A DNA stretch of 63,072 bases, filler included, from Reticulomyxa filosa (lineage: Eukaryota > Protista > Foraminifera), in the NCBI GenBank assembly GCA_000512085.1. It is 20 parts of 20 records of this genome, joined end to end, with 100 filler letters (N's around TTAATTAATTAA, not from the genome) between each part and the next. Parts side by side here need not be neighbours in the genome. Positions count along the whole stretch, not along the records: positions 42,863 to 47,719 come from ASPP01003057.1; positions 47,820 to 49,401 come from ASPP01028122.1; positions 49,502 to 50,651 come from ASPP01004563.1; positions 50,752 to 56,214 come from ASPP01009737.1; positions 56,315 to 63,072 come from ASPP01020638.1; 15 more parts are not named here. The stretch is one strand, 5' to 3'. The notes beneath the pieces are model-generated. The model searched no databases and was not told the origin of the DNA. It was given only the letters and a program-made list of their open reading frames with translations. Below are positions 46,901 to 60,267 of this stretch, piece after piece. Position 1 is the stretch's first letter. Every line of letters starts with the position of its first letter. A program made the position numbers and the translations under genes.

Positions 46901-49900
46901 ATTTGAAAATCAAATTAATTATCAAACAATAATAAAAAAAATTAAATCGCTTAATAAAATAACAATCATATTAAGCAAACGAATACTAACAAAAAATTAA
47001 ACCAAAAAAAGTATTACATCACATCATAAAATAAACATAAATCAAACCAAACTGCACAAAACTAACACATAAAACTAAAAACCAATAAACAGAGCTTAGC
47101 AAAAACTTTTAAAAAAAAAAGAAAAAAAGGGAAAAAATATTACTTTTTCTTTTTTGTCTTTTTGTCTTTTTTTTTGCTCCAGTAAAAAAATCAAAGCATA
47201 TCAATATTGAAAAAATTCCTTAAGGATTTACTTAAGGATTTCTACGATATCGAGATATACAAAATTTTGTGTTTCTATACGAAAATATACGGTACTCATA
47301 AACAGGTTTTCAATTATCATGAAAAGTTAACAATCCAGTAAAAAAATTTAAGCTTATTTCTTACTAGACAATCTTAAGGATATTTTGCATATTATATTAT
47401 ATTTCACATGTTTTTTTGAAATATGTTTGCTTGAAAATGTTGTTAGTTATCAGAAAAGATATAAAGGAATATATTCAATTTAAAAAAGAAATAGTATAAT
47501 TTTGAAGCATTTTATGATCAAATATTTAGACACAGCCAAAGCATTAACAGTAAAATATTTTAGAATTGTATAACATAGCCCCGTTTGCATTGATAAAAAG
47601 ACAATACACCATTTGTGCTTTGGAAACATAAGATGAAGAAATTGCATTAATACATTTTCACCAAAAAAACAAAAATAATAAAAAGATAAAAGTATAGCAG
47701 CAACATGAAATATTTGTGANNNNNNNNNNNNNNNNNNNNNNNNNNNNNNNNNNNNNNNNNNNNTTAATTAATTAANNNNNNNNNNNNNNNNNNNNNNNNN
47801 NNNNNNNNNNNNNNNNNNNTGGGAAAATTTAATATCTTCCATAATATGTGTATACACATTTCTTGCACAATTTTTAATTAGCTATTTTTTCTGCTTTTAT
47901 GATAGACAAAAACATAGCTGAGTAAACACTTTAGAATAGTTTTTATATCTTATCATAAAATGCTAACTCATTGATGTCTTAAAAAAAAACAGATTTCTGC
48001 CAATGTATCAACTGTATCGACATAGATTTGATTACAATTTTTCCATGTCTAAAATCTTTGCTCGCCAATTTTATTGTCAAGGCGTTTCAACATTTCTAAC
48101 AGATTTTTTTGTTTTGCAGAACTCCTATCAAATATTTCATTCCGCTTCAAGAATACACTATACAAACATTATAATTTCAAACATATTTTCGGATCCCTCA
48201 TGACTTATAGGAATTATTTCAAAAAATTTTATTTTTTCGGGAATAAAATTGCAAATGTATTTAGGAGTTGATCTTATGTTGTTTTTTTTGTCTTATTCAA
48301 GCTGCATCACAATTCAAAGTGCTTATATTAGCTTGGTTTTCTGTGTCCGGGCTGCAACAGACTTCATTAGCGTATCACTCAGCTGCTCTTCCTAAGCAAA
48401 AGTTCAATAAAATCAAAACAAAAGAATCTGACTGGTATAGAACTTTGTGCAGATCAAATTTTCAAATTTCTTCTGTTAAAGATTACAGTGAAAAAAAATT
48501 GAACTTTCCCTGTTCTTACAGAATTGAGTTTGCATTGGTAGGTTTTGGAAGACAAATAGCGAGAGTATGTCATGCGCAAGGTTCTTGGAACAAACTTATG
48601 CCGAAAATTTTAAATTTACGGGTTGAATCAAGATAAATTCCAAACGTTTGTTTGCTATGTACTTCTTGTGGTTGTCATTGTTCCAACAATAACGTTTCTC
48701 ATCATCGTGTCTACCAGTGACATGACACCAGGATATCAAGGAGTTCAACTGTTACTGCTTATTTGCAATTCTCGTTCAATAAAAAATTACATCAAAAAAA
48801 TTTCATTGATATTGTTAATATCTCATAAATGTTAATCCATTTTTTTCCAAATTAGAAGAGGTTCTGTTTCCTTTGTCTTGTACTAAAGAGGGGAAAATTT
48901 GAAAATGAGCTTTTTTGCAATAGTCGATGTTACTTCATTTGTATCAACTCAAGCTTCGTTCGTAATTGGATACAACTTTGTAACTTTGTTTGTTCTCTGC
49001 GTTTGTGCACACTGCGTTACCCAAAAAGAACAACGGGACATACAAATGTGCTATCACTTTGCGTTATTATGGCAGTCACAACCGACATACAAATAATCCT
49101 GATCATTCAATGTTTTCAAACTGGTTTGTATATTCTTTCATTGATTTGAGTAAAATGTTTGATAAATAAAATATTGCTTTGGTTTTAATGAAAATAGTAA
49201 ATGTGATACATTGGAGTCCCGAACAAATATTGATCATTGGATTATTTAAAAATTTGATATGAAGAAAAGAATGCTGAATTTAAGATGGATTCATTATTAA
49301 TATTATTAATTAATTAAAAATAATTAAAAATTACTAAAAATTAAAAATTATTAAAAATTATTAAATTAAAAATTAATTAATAATACAACACTTAAATAAA
49401 ANNNNNNNNNNNNNNNNNNNNNNNNNNNNNNNNNNNNNNNNNNNNTTAATTAATTAANNNNNNNNNNNNNNNNNNNNNNNNNNNNNNNNNNNNNNNNNNN
49501 NTAAAATCCACATTACAGGTGCTGTGTTGTTGTTATTGCATTTGTTTTTAGCAACCTCTGATCTGTGTGACGGAATGAAACATGTTGGACGTGTCTTGGA
49601 CTACTTGCGTCTCTTCTGTAAACATGTTGTGTGATGTCAGTACATCATTCGCGTTTGCTTTTACTTTCGAAAACACTTCTTTTTCGCTTGTTTAAAAAAA
49701 AAAAAACAAAACACTCTTCTTCACTCTATTGCCAAACAACGTAGGCTCAAACACGAAGAAACCAGTCTTTTTCAAACAATCAAATAAAAGCAGACTTTTT
49801 TTTTCCCAGCTTCCCCTTTGAACCGTGGGCTTGTTGAACTGCTTCTCCGAGTTAAATTTAAAAAAACACAACATGGATGTTGATATTTGTTGCTTTGATT

Positions 49901-50319
49901 TTTTTTTTTCTGAAAATACACACACTCTTTGAATATTTGTTGATTGACGTGCGACAATGACAAAGCGCTTGCCTGCTATTTGTCCAAGCATTGGCAATGT
50001 AAGAATAGAAGAAAGTGAGTACATTTGAGATAAAGCCCAGCATAAATTGACGTATGTATGTGTATGCGTATATAATGTACGATGCAAAGATGACATTGGA
50101 AGATTTTTGTTGACGCTACCAACAATTAATTAGTTAAGATTTTTTTTTTTTTTTTTAAAAAAAAGAAACACGCTGAAGAATTTACTAATTATCATTTTTT
50201 TTTTTAAAAAGTGTGTAAAGGGTAAAAGAAAACAAAAAAACTAACACAATTGATAGAAGCCGTATATAGCCAAGTAGGCAACCAGACAATGGACAAACAA
50301 AGTACAAATGGCGAGAGTG

Positions 50320-50651
50320 TTACGACTTTTCAAGAAATTCATCAAACTGTTTGAAGTAGTATTCTGTTTCCAAGTTGAGTTTGTTTTCGATTAAGTCAAT
50401 GCATTCGAGGAACTGTTGTTTTGTGGTTTCAAAGGACTTGACGCACACCTTGTATTTGTCACGGGCGTCTTTGAGTCTTTTCTCGTATTCACCCTTGTGT
50501 TCGGGGTTCACCGAGCCAATGTCGTCGTTTGCATCGGCGTCTTTGGGACGTGTATCCTTTGACGACTTGGAAAAGAATCCTCCCCACGATACTTTGAATC
50601 GCGACGGGGTCGTTGCTGTCGTCGTCGTCGTCGTTGCTGTTGCTGTTGCTG
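50320..50651 (-). CDS. C-terminal fragment of a hypothetical protein
   Basis: Open frame from the contig edge: Thr/Ala-rich tract then a helical segment YEKRLKDARDKYKVCVKSFETTKQQFLE, ending in TAA. Confidence 0.5.
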
Positions 50652-50808
50652 NNNNNNNNNNNNNNNNNNNNNNNNNNNNNNNNNNNNNNNNNNNNTTAAT
50701 TAATTAANNNNNNNNNNNNNNNNNNNNNNNNNNNNNNNNNNNNNNNNNNNNTTTTTTTGAGTGAAAGGAGGGGTACATTAAGCAACAATAAATAATAAAC
50801 AATCAAAG

Positions 50809-51298
50809 GTGATCTATGTGGTTCATTGCGACTTGGGCGGGAGCTTGCCTTCATACATAATCAATCAAGTGTCGCAAGATATCCCAATGACAGTGGAGAA
50901 ATTGGACAGACGACTGCACGAGTTGAAGAGCGAAGAGAGGGAGCAGTATAACAAACCCATCCCCGATTACCTTGAGCTGAAGCGCAAAGAGGAGTCGATA
51001 GACTCGAAGCAACAAGAGCCGAATGAAGATGAAGATGAAGAAGACGAAGAAGAAGAAGAAGAAGAAAAGCAAGAAAAAGTGACAATAAAAATGACAGAAA
51101 CAAAGAAAAAGGAAAAAACAAAAATTGAAAAATGGCTTTGAAGCCGAGAATAAAAGTGCAATTGATTTGGACGACGACTATTTCGACAGTGAAGAGTACA
51201 AAGGCATTTTACTTGCAAATGGCTGTGACAAAGACAAGCATTGGATCCGACGTCCATTACAAATCGACAAGTATTTCAAAGACATTGATAACAATGAC

Positions 51299-51369
<71 letters not shown>

Positions 51370-53714
51370 TAATAATAATGAAAATGCCAATGATAAAAAA
51401 GTAGTTGTTGAAGACTATGTGTCCAACTTTGTAAAGATCCCCGACACTCATCATACATATGCAAGGAATGTGCAGCAGGCCATCGATCTCTTCCACGAAT
51501 GGCGGCAATGGAAAAATGGCGTGGAATGGCAGGAACGTTCGATTAAGACGGACATTCGGATTTATTCGGCTCCGGTGAGCGGTTTGCTGACGAAGCAAAC
51601 CAAGACATCCGGAAACGCGTCCACTGTTGGTGGGATGGACATTTTGAAAGGTGAGTCGATAGCCAATTACCCGAGTGCGGTGGTGGCAGGATGTTTGATG
51701 AATCCAAAGCATCGTCTGAAATGGGATGACAAGTTGGATGAAATCCGAGTCATTGAAAAGCTCTCTCGCTATTGTAATGTGGCGTACATTTCCATCAAAA
51801 CCCCGGTGCTCATCACGTATCGAGATATGGTGACCTGCGCATACGTATACTCGTTCCCAGACGGACAGTTTATCATTGGCAGCTGCAGTGTCGAACATCC
51901 ACGAGAACCCCCGCGCAACACCCGCGTCCGCGGTTGGATCAGCAATGCCGTGTGGCATATCTATCCGCATGCCAAAGACATGAGCAAGTGTCATGTGGTG
52001 TATTACGTCCACATGAGTTTGGGCGGGTCACTACCCGATTGGGTCGTCAATCAAGCCGCTGTTGATATTCCCATCACCGCCACCAAACTTTTATATTTTA
52101 TGCACTCCAACGCCTCCTCCAAATTGTTTCTCCCCGGCTCTTGTTTCGTTGCACCTGTCTATTTGCATATGATGGGGCTCAATGTCCCACACAGGCTTCT
52201 TCTGGCCGCCTCCGTGCGCTTCCAAGACTCGGCACTCGCTTTGCCACAAAAAGTTTGTTTTTAGTAAGTTTCTTTTTTTTTTTTTTTTTTGTATCCACAA
52301 AGGAGAAGAATTTTTTGCGGACTAATCCCAATACAAATAATTCATACTTAATATTTATTATAAACATCTTATTCACAAATACAAAAAGTGGCGTCGTGAG
52401 GTAGAGCAAGTCAACACTCAAAACCCGAGCGCTCAAAAGGAGAAAGAGGAGAAAGAAGAAGAAGAAGAAGAAGTGGGGTCGCCTCCTCCACCAGTGGCTG
52501 AAAAAGAAAAGAGTCGCAACGCTGGAGACACTCTGCGAGCGGTCGATTCGGTAGGTAGCTCCTTGTCGTCGCTTGGAAAGACCATTGTCCCTAATTCTAT
52601 GTCCAAAAAACGCCTGTTGTAACAATGACCAGAGATGGTATGTCTTTTTTTCCCCCCCCCATTTTAGTTTTGAATTACATACATAAATAAATAATTAAAT
52701 ATATTTGTATGTATATGCATGTGCGCATATGCATATCGCTTAGAATGGGCAAGTGGTAAAAAGTCAGTTCGATGGGAAAATATTCCATCAATGAACCTTG
52801 ATATGACGACACAACAAACAACAACAACAACAAGTGAAAAGAGTCCTCTTGGACGACGTCGTTCTCAAATAGGGGCTAACAATAGCAATGAGAACAACAT
52901 TTCAGAAACATCGCAAGGACAACATGCGTCTCTTCCGATCACTTCTCCTTCGAAAAGCAAACTGTATCAAGGTTTGAATGAGGAAAAAGATGTGGATCGC
53001 GGTGGAGCCACTCCAAAAAACATTTTGTCTTTTCATGCATCTCATGTCACTGTCGCCAATGTCGCTGTCAGCGAACTGTTGCGACAAACGGAGCCCAATG
53101 CCAAAAAATGTTGGATTCCGTCCGATACGGAGGTTCCCAAAAGCGTATTCATTTACAAGTTTTTGCACAGCGAAAATGGTTATCATCACTATATGGGGAA
53201 ATCGTTTTTGAATTTTGAGCCGAAGGAAATTTTTGATGCCTTGTGTGACCCTTTCTTCCGATTTTATTATGACAAAATGGTTGGTGTCATTGAAATCCTC
53301 GTCAAATTGGATGAAACCACTCACATTGCACGCTTTGTGCATACCTCCAATCAATGTTACATGAAAATTAGTCGCGAAAGTATTGTACTGATCAAATACA
53401 AAGAGGTTATTCCAAACCAACGCTATGTGCTTGCTGGTGTGTCTGTTGAACATCCTTGGCACAATGACTTGGAAAAAGGAAGTGCAATGGTCGCAATGGA
53501 TATTCTGGCCTCGGGATGGGTCATTGAAAGGAACGAGGAAAAACCTCAAAATTCTATCGTCTCTTACATTACCAACACTTGCGTTGGTGGTAGAGTCCCG
53601 CCTGGTATTTCTAAAACAATTGCAAAAAAGCAACCTTTTGCTATTGCACATGTAAAAAAAGCACTAAATGAAAAGCAAAAAAGGAAACAAGAAAAACTCG
53701 TTGCAAAACAATAA
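50809..53714 (+). CDS. Multi-START-domain lipid-transfer protein, 3' part (at least three START domains)
   Basis: START C-terminal motifs occur three times: VHCDLGGSLPSYIINQV, VHMSLGGSLPDWVVNQA, TNTCVGGRVPPGISKTI. Also RLKWDDKL...RDMV...SCSVEHPREPP...VRG and RESIVL...GVSVEHP...ASGWVIE. Frameshift in the A-run near 51125. Confidence 0.9.
51299..51380 (+). repeat. (AAT)n microsatellite encoding poly-Asn
   Basis: About 27 Asn codons in frame between START domains 1 and 2. Confidence 0.9.
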
Positions 53715-54562
53715 TAACTTTCTCAAACAAACACAAAAATTTTTGTTTTCAATTGATTGACTCTGTCTTGTCTCCTATTAGATAACGTATAATACATTAC
53801 AAAGAACAATTACACTTCAACAAGACAATTTCTTTGATAAGTCCTTTGGAATCGCAATTTAAAGTAAAATTCTTACTTACGCTTGTTTGCTTTTTTTAAG
53901 TTGCTTCATACAAAAAACAAATTTTTAAAAATTGCAAATCTTTTTTATTTTCTTTACGTTTTTTAATTAAAAAAAAAGTCGGATATCCCTACATGACGAA
54001 TACGTTGTTGACGTGAACTTGTCAGTACCATTATCAAGTTAATGAAAAGAATGGCTTGTGCATAGAAAATCTGAACAGTTTTTTATATTAATCCCAAAAG
54101 TGATGAGAAAATCTCACAAGGATTGTTGTCAAATGCGAAAGACGCTAAGATCTTAAATTGTCCTTGTCCTCAGACAACTTTTTCTTGCCAAATTCCTCCG
54201 TTGGCTAGTCTACTTTCTCAACGAAAGTGACGATTCAAATTTTCCACTGACTTCAAACAGAATTGACATTCACAGAGGATCTGCTACGACCTCAAATTAA
54301 CTAAGATCAATCAGGTTGTCTCAGTGCTAGTTTGTTATCAGCTGAATGTTTTCAGTGCTTCGAAAAAATAAAACCCACATGTGAAAAAAAAATAAACGAA
54401 AGAATCAGAAATTAAGTGTAATCATACTTACAAAGGATAGTCTTTTTGATCCGCTGACAAACGCGGAAGCAGTACAAAACAAACAAAAGCACTCACCTCA
54501 ATCTCCAAAATAACTAAGCACATCTTTAGCACAAAAAATTCTTCAACTTACCAATTGATCTT

Positions 54563-56110
54563 TTAAACTGCTTTTTGAGCGTTTTTTTCAAGCTGAATGT
54601 AAGGGTTATCATCAGGAAAGAAGTACTTGCGGAAATAGAACAATCCGATCAAAAAGACGTCATACAACACGCACCACAAAAACATCCACGGATAGTCATA
54701 AATGGTCATGCCAAAGACAGTAAAGACAAGTCCAACTTTAGTTACTGTCACTGCCCATGCACCCCAAAGTCCTCCAGGCACAGTATAGGGTCGAACAGCA
54801 TCAGGTTCGTTATATTTCAATACAATGAATGCAGTAAACTCAGTTAAGTACGTGAAGCAACCAATTACAGTACTAACTATCAACAGATTGTCAAAAGGCA
54901 GTCCAACCAAGACCATGTTAATTGTGGTTTGAATTACTACGGCAACTGCGGGAGAACCTGTCCGTTCCCATTCCCAACCGACCCATTCAGGGAATATTTG
55001 TACTCGAATATAGCGATTTGCTTTCACTGGTCCTATATCAATTTTTTTTTTTAGCAAAGAAAAAAATGCGCACGCGTGTCTAGCATATGTACACCTTTTA
55101 AAAAAAATTAGCAGTAACATTACCAATTCTTTGTGTGGCCTCTGCAAAATCAGCTCTGAAGGAAGAACTAGCGTTTGTTTTCATCAATCCAGAAGAGTCA
55201 TCTGGTCCATCTTGTGCGAACGAAGCTGACGCTGGGCCAATGCTCACCCCCAAGGTATTGTTCCCAGTGCTCATTGGCGTAGATGTGCTATTTTTAGTCG
55301 CAGCACTGACAAGAGATCGAGAAGCAGACTTGGCGTCTTCCAGTTCCTTCAAAACTTTTTTATACTCATCTTTCAAATACAACTGGCCGTCCGGAGAGAT
55401 GATAATGTATTTTTGAGAAATGGCCCACATCATTCGGACGTGCGCACAAAATTCCATAAAATACAAACTAAAACAACTAAACAAAGCACCACATATGACA
55501 AACCACTGCAATCCAGGAATAATGTCGTTGTAAGCAGTTATCAAATAACCGTTTTGCCAAGCCGAGCCATCATACGGTACCGTAAATGCACCAATCAAGG
55601 GAAGAGTATATCCCACCCAGTCCATTACAATCGATATAATAAAACATTTGATAAAATCTTTTGGTGCAAATCCAGCTTCACCCGCCACACACCCCATTAC
55701 ATCACGTCCCGTATGCAGCCTAATTTGATCATTACATTTATCAAAAACCATGACACAATAAAACCAGACCAAATAATAACGCATATTATATACATGCATG
55801 CACATAAAAAAAAAACGCACAGAAAAACATACAAACCAAATAAGAGTTGACACGTAGATAGCCCAGTTGACGCTGCCATTAGGCGCTCCTTTGACCCATG
55901 TGTGAAAATCGGTATTTGGCAACGAATAAAAAAACCCAATAAAAAATGGCAGCATCAAAATTGTGGAACAAATTATACTGGCTGTGCCCTGGACGGATAT
56001 GTTCATCAGATTCAATATACCTGCCAACAGGACGAACAGCGCTTTAAGGCCCCATACTATTGTATGATGCAAGTGCTGTCCAAATGCTTTCTTGTACATT
56101 TTGCTTCACA
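54563..56110 (-). CDS. APC-superfamily amino acid/polyamine transporter (PUT/LAT-like), 3' part
   Basis: Multiple TMs; VNWAIYVSTLIW|LHTGRDVMGCVAGEA (TM6, across an intron), EFTAFIVLKYNEPDAVRPYTVPGGLWG (TM10-11 signature). Introns at about 55837-55722 and 55124-55034. Confidence 0.85.
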
Positions 56111-56389
56111 TATTGTCCCATCAACACCGCATACAAAGGCATATCTATTTTAACATTCCACAGCTGAATGAAACAAAAAATAACTCTACGCGACAAATCG
56201 CAAAAAAAAAAAAANNNNNNNNNNNNNNNNNNNNNNNNNNNNNNNNNNNNNNNNNNNNTTAATTAATTAANNNNNNNNNNNNNNNNNNNNNNNNNNNNNN
56301 NNNNNNNNNNNNNNATATATATATATATATATATGTATATGTGTATATATGCATATGATGATATTTGAATGGTCGGTTTGAGATCAACA

Positions 56390-57180
56390 AGAAGAACAAG
56401 GAGATTGCAAAACTGAGACTCTAATTGTGATTGCGATTTGACAATGGTTAAGATATACCTGTTCATCCACAATTCCCATTCGTTACAACAACAATCATTG
56501 TTTTTTAAAAAAAAAAGACGGGCTTCAAGGCAACAGCCGAGTTCCCTTTTTTTGTAAACGTATATTAACTCCTCAGTTTTCTGGCTGTTGAGTTGATATT
56601 CTCTGACCATTTCAAACAAAGTAAACACTCCATTTTTTTTTCAAGGACTCCTTTTTTTTTTTTTTTGTCACGTCCTGTCTCGTTCGTCTTAATAAAAACA
56701 TCAAAAAAAAAAAAAAACAAACAAAACTTTGTTTCTTTGAGTAATTCGTCTATTTCGTTTTCTTTGTCCTTTCGATATTGCAACAGCTTACCCAGCAGAT
56801 CATTCTCTTCTCCGTCCAGTTTTGTTACATGTGACTTCGCGTTGCTCCATTCTTCGTCTGTCAATTTGTCTTTTTTGGTGACCACAATACCGATGATCTT
56901 TTTCATCTCCTGAATTGTTGACTGATATTTTGCAGTATTGTTTCCTGTAAACTTTTCGAAAAAATTCCATTTCTGTCCTCTATTTTTTTTTTTTTTTTTT
57001 TTTAAACCCCCCATTCAAATTGCAAATCAAATCTATGTTAAAAAAAAAAATCATGCTTACAAAAATATATTATATGTATTTTTTATTGCAATCATTTATA
57101 TTAATTCTACCAAACTGTCCATTTTCTGATGACTTTTCAAGCTGTTCTAATTTTTCTGCCTTTTGTCTGACCATATTTTT
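56390..57180 (-). CDS. Hypothetical helical protein (fragmentary exons)
   Basis: Coding-like charged exons (about 57175-57114, 56980-56730, 56647-56565) separated by A/T-run introns. Confidence 0.4.
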
Positions 57181-57650
57181 TAAATGTTTTTTGTCGTGTA
57201 ATGTATGTTAAGATAATTATATAGCTCTCTGTCCTCTCACTTTAAACTTTAGTGCACTTATTGCGTCCAACACCTTCTTTTCGTTGTTTGGCAGTTGCAA
57301 ATTATACACCTCTTTCTCATCCAACACATTTTCTAAAACTAGATTTATCCACCCGATTATTTCGCTTTCGACTGTTGTCATTTTCTCTTTTCCTTTTTTT
57401 TTTGTTTTATACCTGTAATCAAACAGCTGTCCCTTTTAAAAAAAACTTTTATCTACTTTTCTTTGTCTTCACAGTTCATTCGGCGTTGTTGTTTAAAGTA
57501 TTGCAAAGAATTAATTTGTTTTTATTTGCATTTGGACAAAACGTATCGTTCAGTCAAAATACCATTGTGTGTAGCGTCCCTTCCTTTAGAGCTTTAGTTG
57601 GGGGGTTCTTTCATTTGTGGACATTATTATTTAGACACTAAAAAAGTTCA

Positions 57651-58983
57651 ATGACTGAAGAAAAGAATGAGACAACCTCCGAAGTAAAGGGAGCTACGCA
57701 GTTTGAGTCGAAGCTATTACTAAGTGATGAGGAGATATTGAAGCGAGGAGTGAGCCCGGATAGCATATCTCAGTATCGTCAACAAAAGTACCGTGAAAGC
57801 TACACGTTGGAGAAGTGGTTGTCGATACCAGAGTTGGAGAAGCACACGTTTACGACATTATTTTTGCAGCTGACATTCGAGCAGGCTGATGTGTTTTTGG
57901 CGTCTGCTCGTTACATACAAGCGTGTATAAGTCGCGATCGAAGTAAGAATCAAACGGAATTCAAATCGGCCGCGATCGACGATTGGAATGCCAACAAAGA
58001 AGCGTACGAGAAGGTATTGAACCAATTGGCACAAGACATCGACACATTGCTGTTCGAAACGAATAAATGGGATCGAAGCCGAGGTTTTTTTGCAAAGTTT
58101 AATAGCCGTTCGCCCAAAGACGTATTCAACTATCAAGGCGGAGATAAACGCCTGCGAGAGTTGTACTTTGAAAATTTGGATGAGCTGCTCTTCCAAACTC
58201 TGAACCTCCCCCGACGCTCCCGAGCCACCCCCAATGAAGCCGTTTGGGCATGGTACATCACCACTGCCAAACTACTCAAAATGACGTGCGGCAAAGATGT
58301 ACTTGACACGTTCAGTGCCAGCTTTCGATCTTTGGAAGACTTGCAAGTTATCACCTCCTCTAATCAGAAGGAGAGAAGAGAGAGAGAGAAAGAGGAGAGG
58401 GGACGTATCTTTTTATAATTTAGCTGCACACAATCATATGTGATAAAAGGCGGAGATTGCATTAGGCGAAAAGCACATGAACTTGAGCTTGGCTTTTCGT
58501 CAATGGGAAGACAAGATCCCGTACACGGCGCACGGCGAGTTTCGTGGGTTTGTGAATAACCGACAGCTGAATGCGGTGACGCAGTATATGTCGATGATCC
58601 AATTCCCCGTGCATCAGACTTTGGAAAAACGCGAATGGTACAAGGAACACATAACTCAGTTTTTTGAAAGCCAAGTGAAAGAGTTTGTGCCGTTTGATTC
58701 GTATGTCATTGACTTCCTCGTCTTTGATGACGGCAGAGTGGCCATCATCGAATTCAATCCGTTTTACACAAAGGCGGGAAGTGGCTTGTTCGCTTGGAAA
58801 ACTGACCGCGAATTGTTCTTGAACGGACCGCTCGAGTTTCGCTTCTTGCTCCAACCTGATCCCACTGTCATAAATAACTTGCACAACTCTTGGAAGGATG
58901 CCTTCGATCGTTATCTTGAACAAGATCGCAGAAATCCTAATCTTCCCAACAATTCTTGTTCCAATTGCTGCGTTATTGTCTAA
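57651..58983 (+). CDS. Cdc123/R2K-clade ATP-grasp protein with C-terminal CaaX (exons 57651-58346, 58450-58983)
   Basis: FFAKFNSRSPKD, FRQWE...GEFRGFVNNRQLNAVTQY, SYVIDFLV...IIEFNPF...GSGLFAW..D..L..GP.EFR are D123/Cdc123-family motifs. Ends CSNCCVIV-stop. Splice phase checked. Confidence 0.88.
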
Positions 58984-60267
58984 ACATAATTTTTTAAAAA
59001 GTTGGCTGACAAAAAAAAAAAAAAAATGAGCTTATGTTAATTTGTTCTGCTGTATTTATGTATATAAACACTTATCTCATTATCTTGAATATCCTTTCTC
59101 AACATGCATAGACAATGAAGAAATTCAATTAATTGCATTCTCAAGTAAAACTAAATTATTTGTCAATCAAATGATCTACTACAAAATTCATTTTTTAAAC
59201 AAAATTGATATCGACTAGAATTTATTTGTTTGTATGAATAAATGTTAATTATTGTTATGATCATGTTTACATTGATTAATTTGCAGTTATTATGCAAATG
59301 CTTGTACAAAATAACTTTCAATTTATGTTTCATTAACTGTAAAATACGTTTATCTTTTATTGGTTTCATCAATATGTGGGACGTCTGCTGACAGTGTTGA
59401 TGCACTAACTGTAATACGAAAGGTGTTTACTTAAAAGAGAATAGGAGTTTTCCTAAAACGAAAGTAAATTAAATAATACAACAAAATAACAAAAGGAAAG
59501 TAACAAAGTAAGAAGTGGTTGTCGAGGAAGTTTAACCTACTGAGGATTCCTCCGTTCCCTTGGCATTCAGATACTTATAATAGGGACTTGCCCTACAAAT
59601 AGTTGTATGTTTTTACTTTAATCTTTCAAATGCATGGGTACCTAATTCAACTTTAAGGTAAACTTTACTTTCTTCAGTAGCAAATATCTTTAATAACTTC
59701 GATTTATCTGTCAACACCATTTTTTATTCTTAATATTGTAAGTTGATTTTTGAGTACGTGAAAATTTCAATTTTCATTGAACAATAACGAAAACGATTGT
59801 AATTCTAACATAATGTTAGTGCATTGTTTTCAAAAAGCAATTGCTAAAAATGTTGAAAAATACCTTCAAGCAAGACTTTTATATGTTTTGTATTTTGACA
59901 ATCAACCGGAACTAGCTTTGTTTTTATGTTAGTTTTGGCAAAGTTGCAAACTCTAGTGCTGCTCCTTTTAAAATATCAGAAGTTAAAAAACATTAAAAAA
60001 GTAACAAAACAAAAGAAAAAACACTAATTCTTCAAAATGTGAAACTCATGTTTCTATATTTTTGTCGCTGTTTTTTGCTTTTGCTCTGTTTTGCTGTTTT
60101 TTGTTTGTTTGTTTGATCTCAAATGCAAAAGAACAAACTCCACCAAAGAAGGAAGTATTTTACAGCACCAAAAATCGCAAAGCGGAAGGGAAACACAAAA
60201 AGCGGTTAAAAAAACTAAGCACAAAGATATAAGAAAAGTGAGAAGATGCATGCCCTAAGGAAGATGG

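Noticed and set aside
44100-49401. Short ORFs in long AT-rich stretches (also 12313-13500, 19931-21377, 38600-39900, 59000-60200)
   Set aside because: No recognisable motifs. Probably intergenic DNA or very decayed gene relics; cannot be supported without searches.
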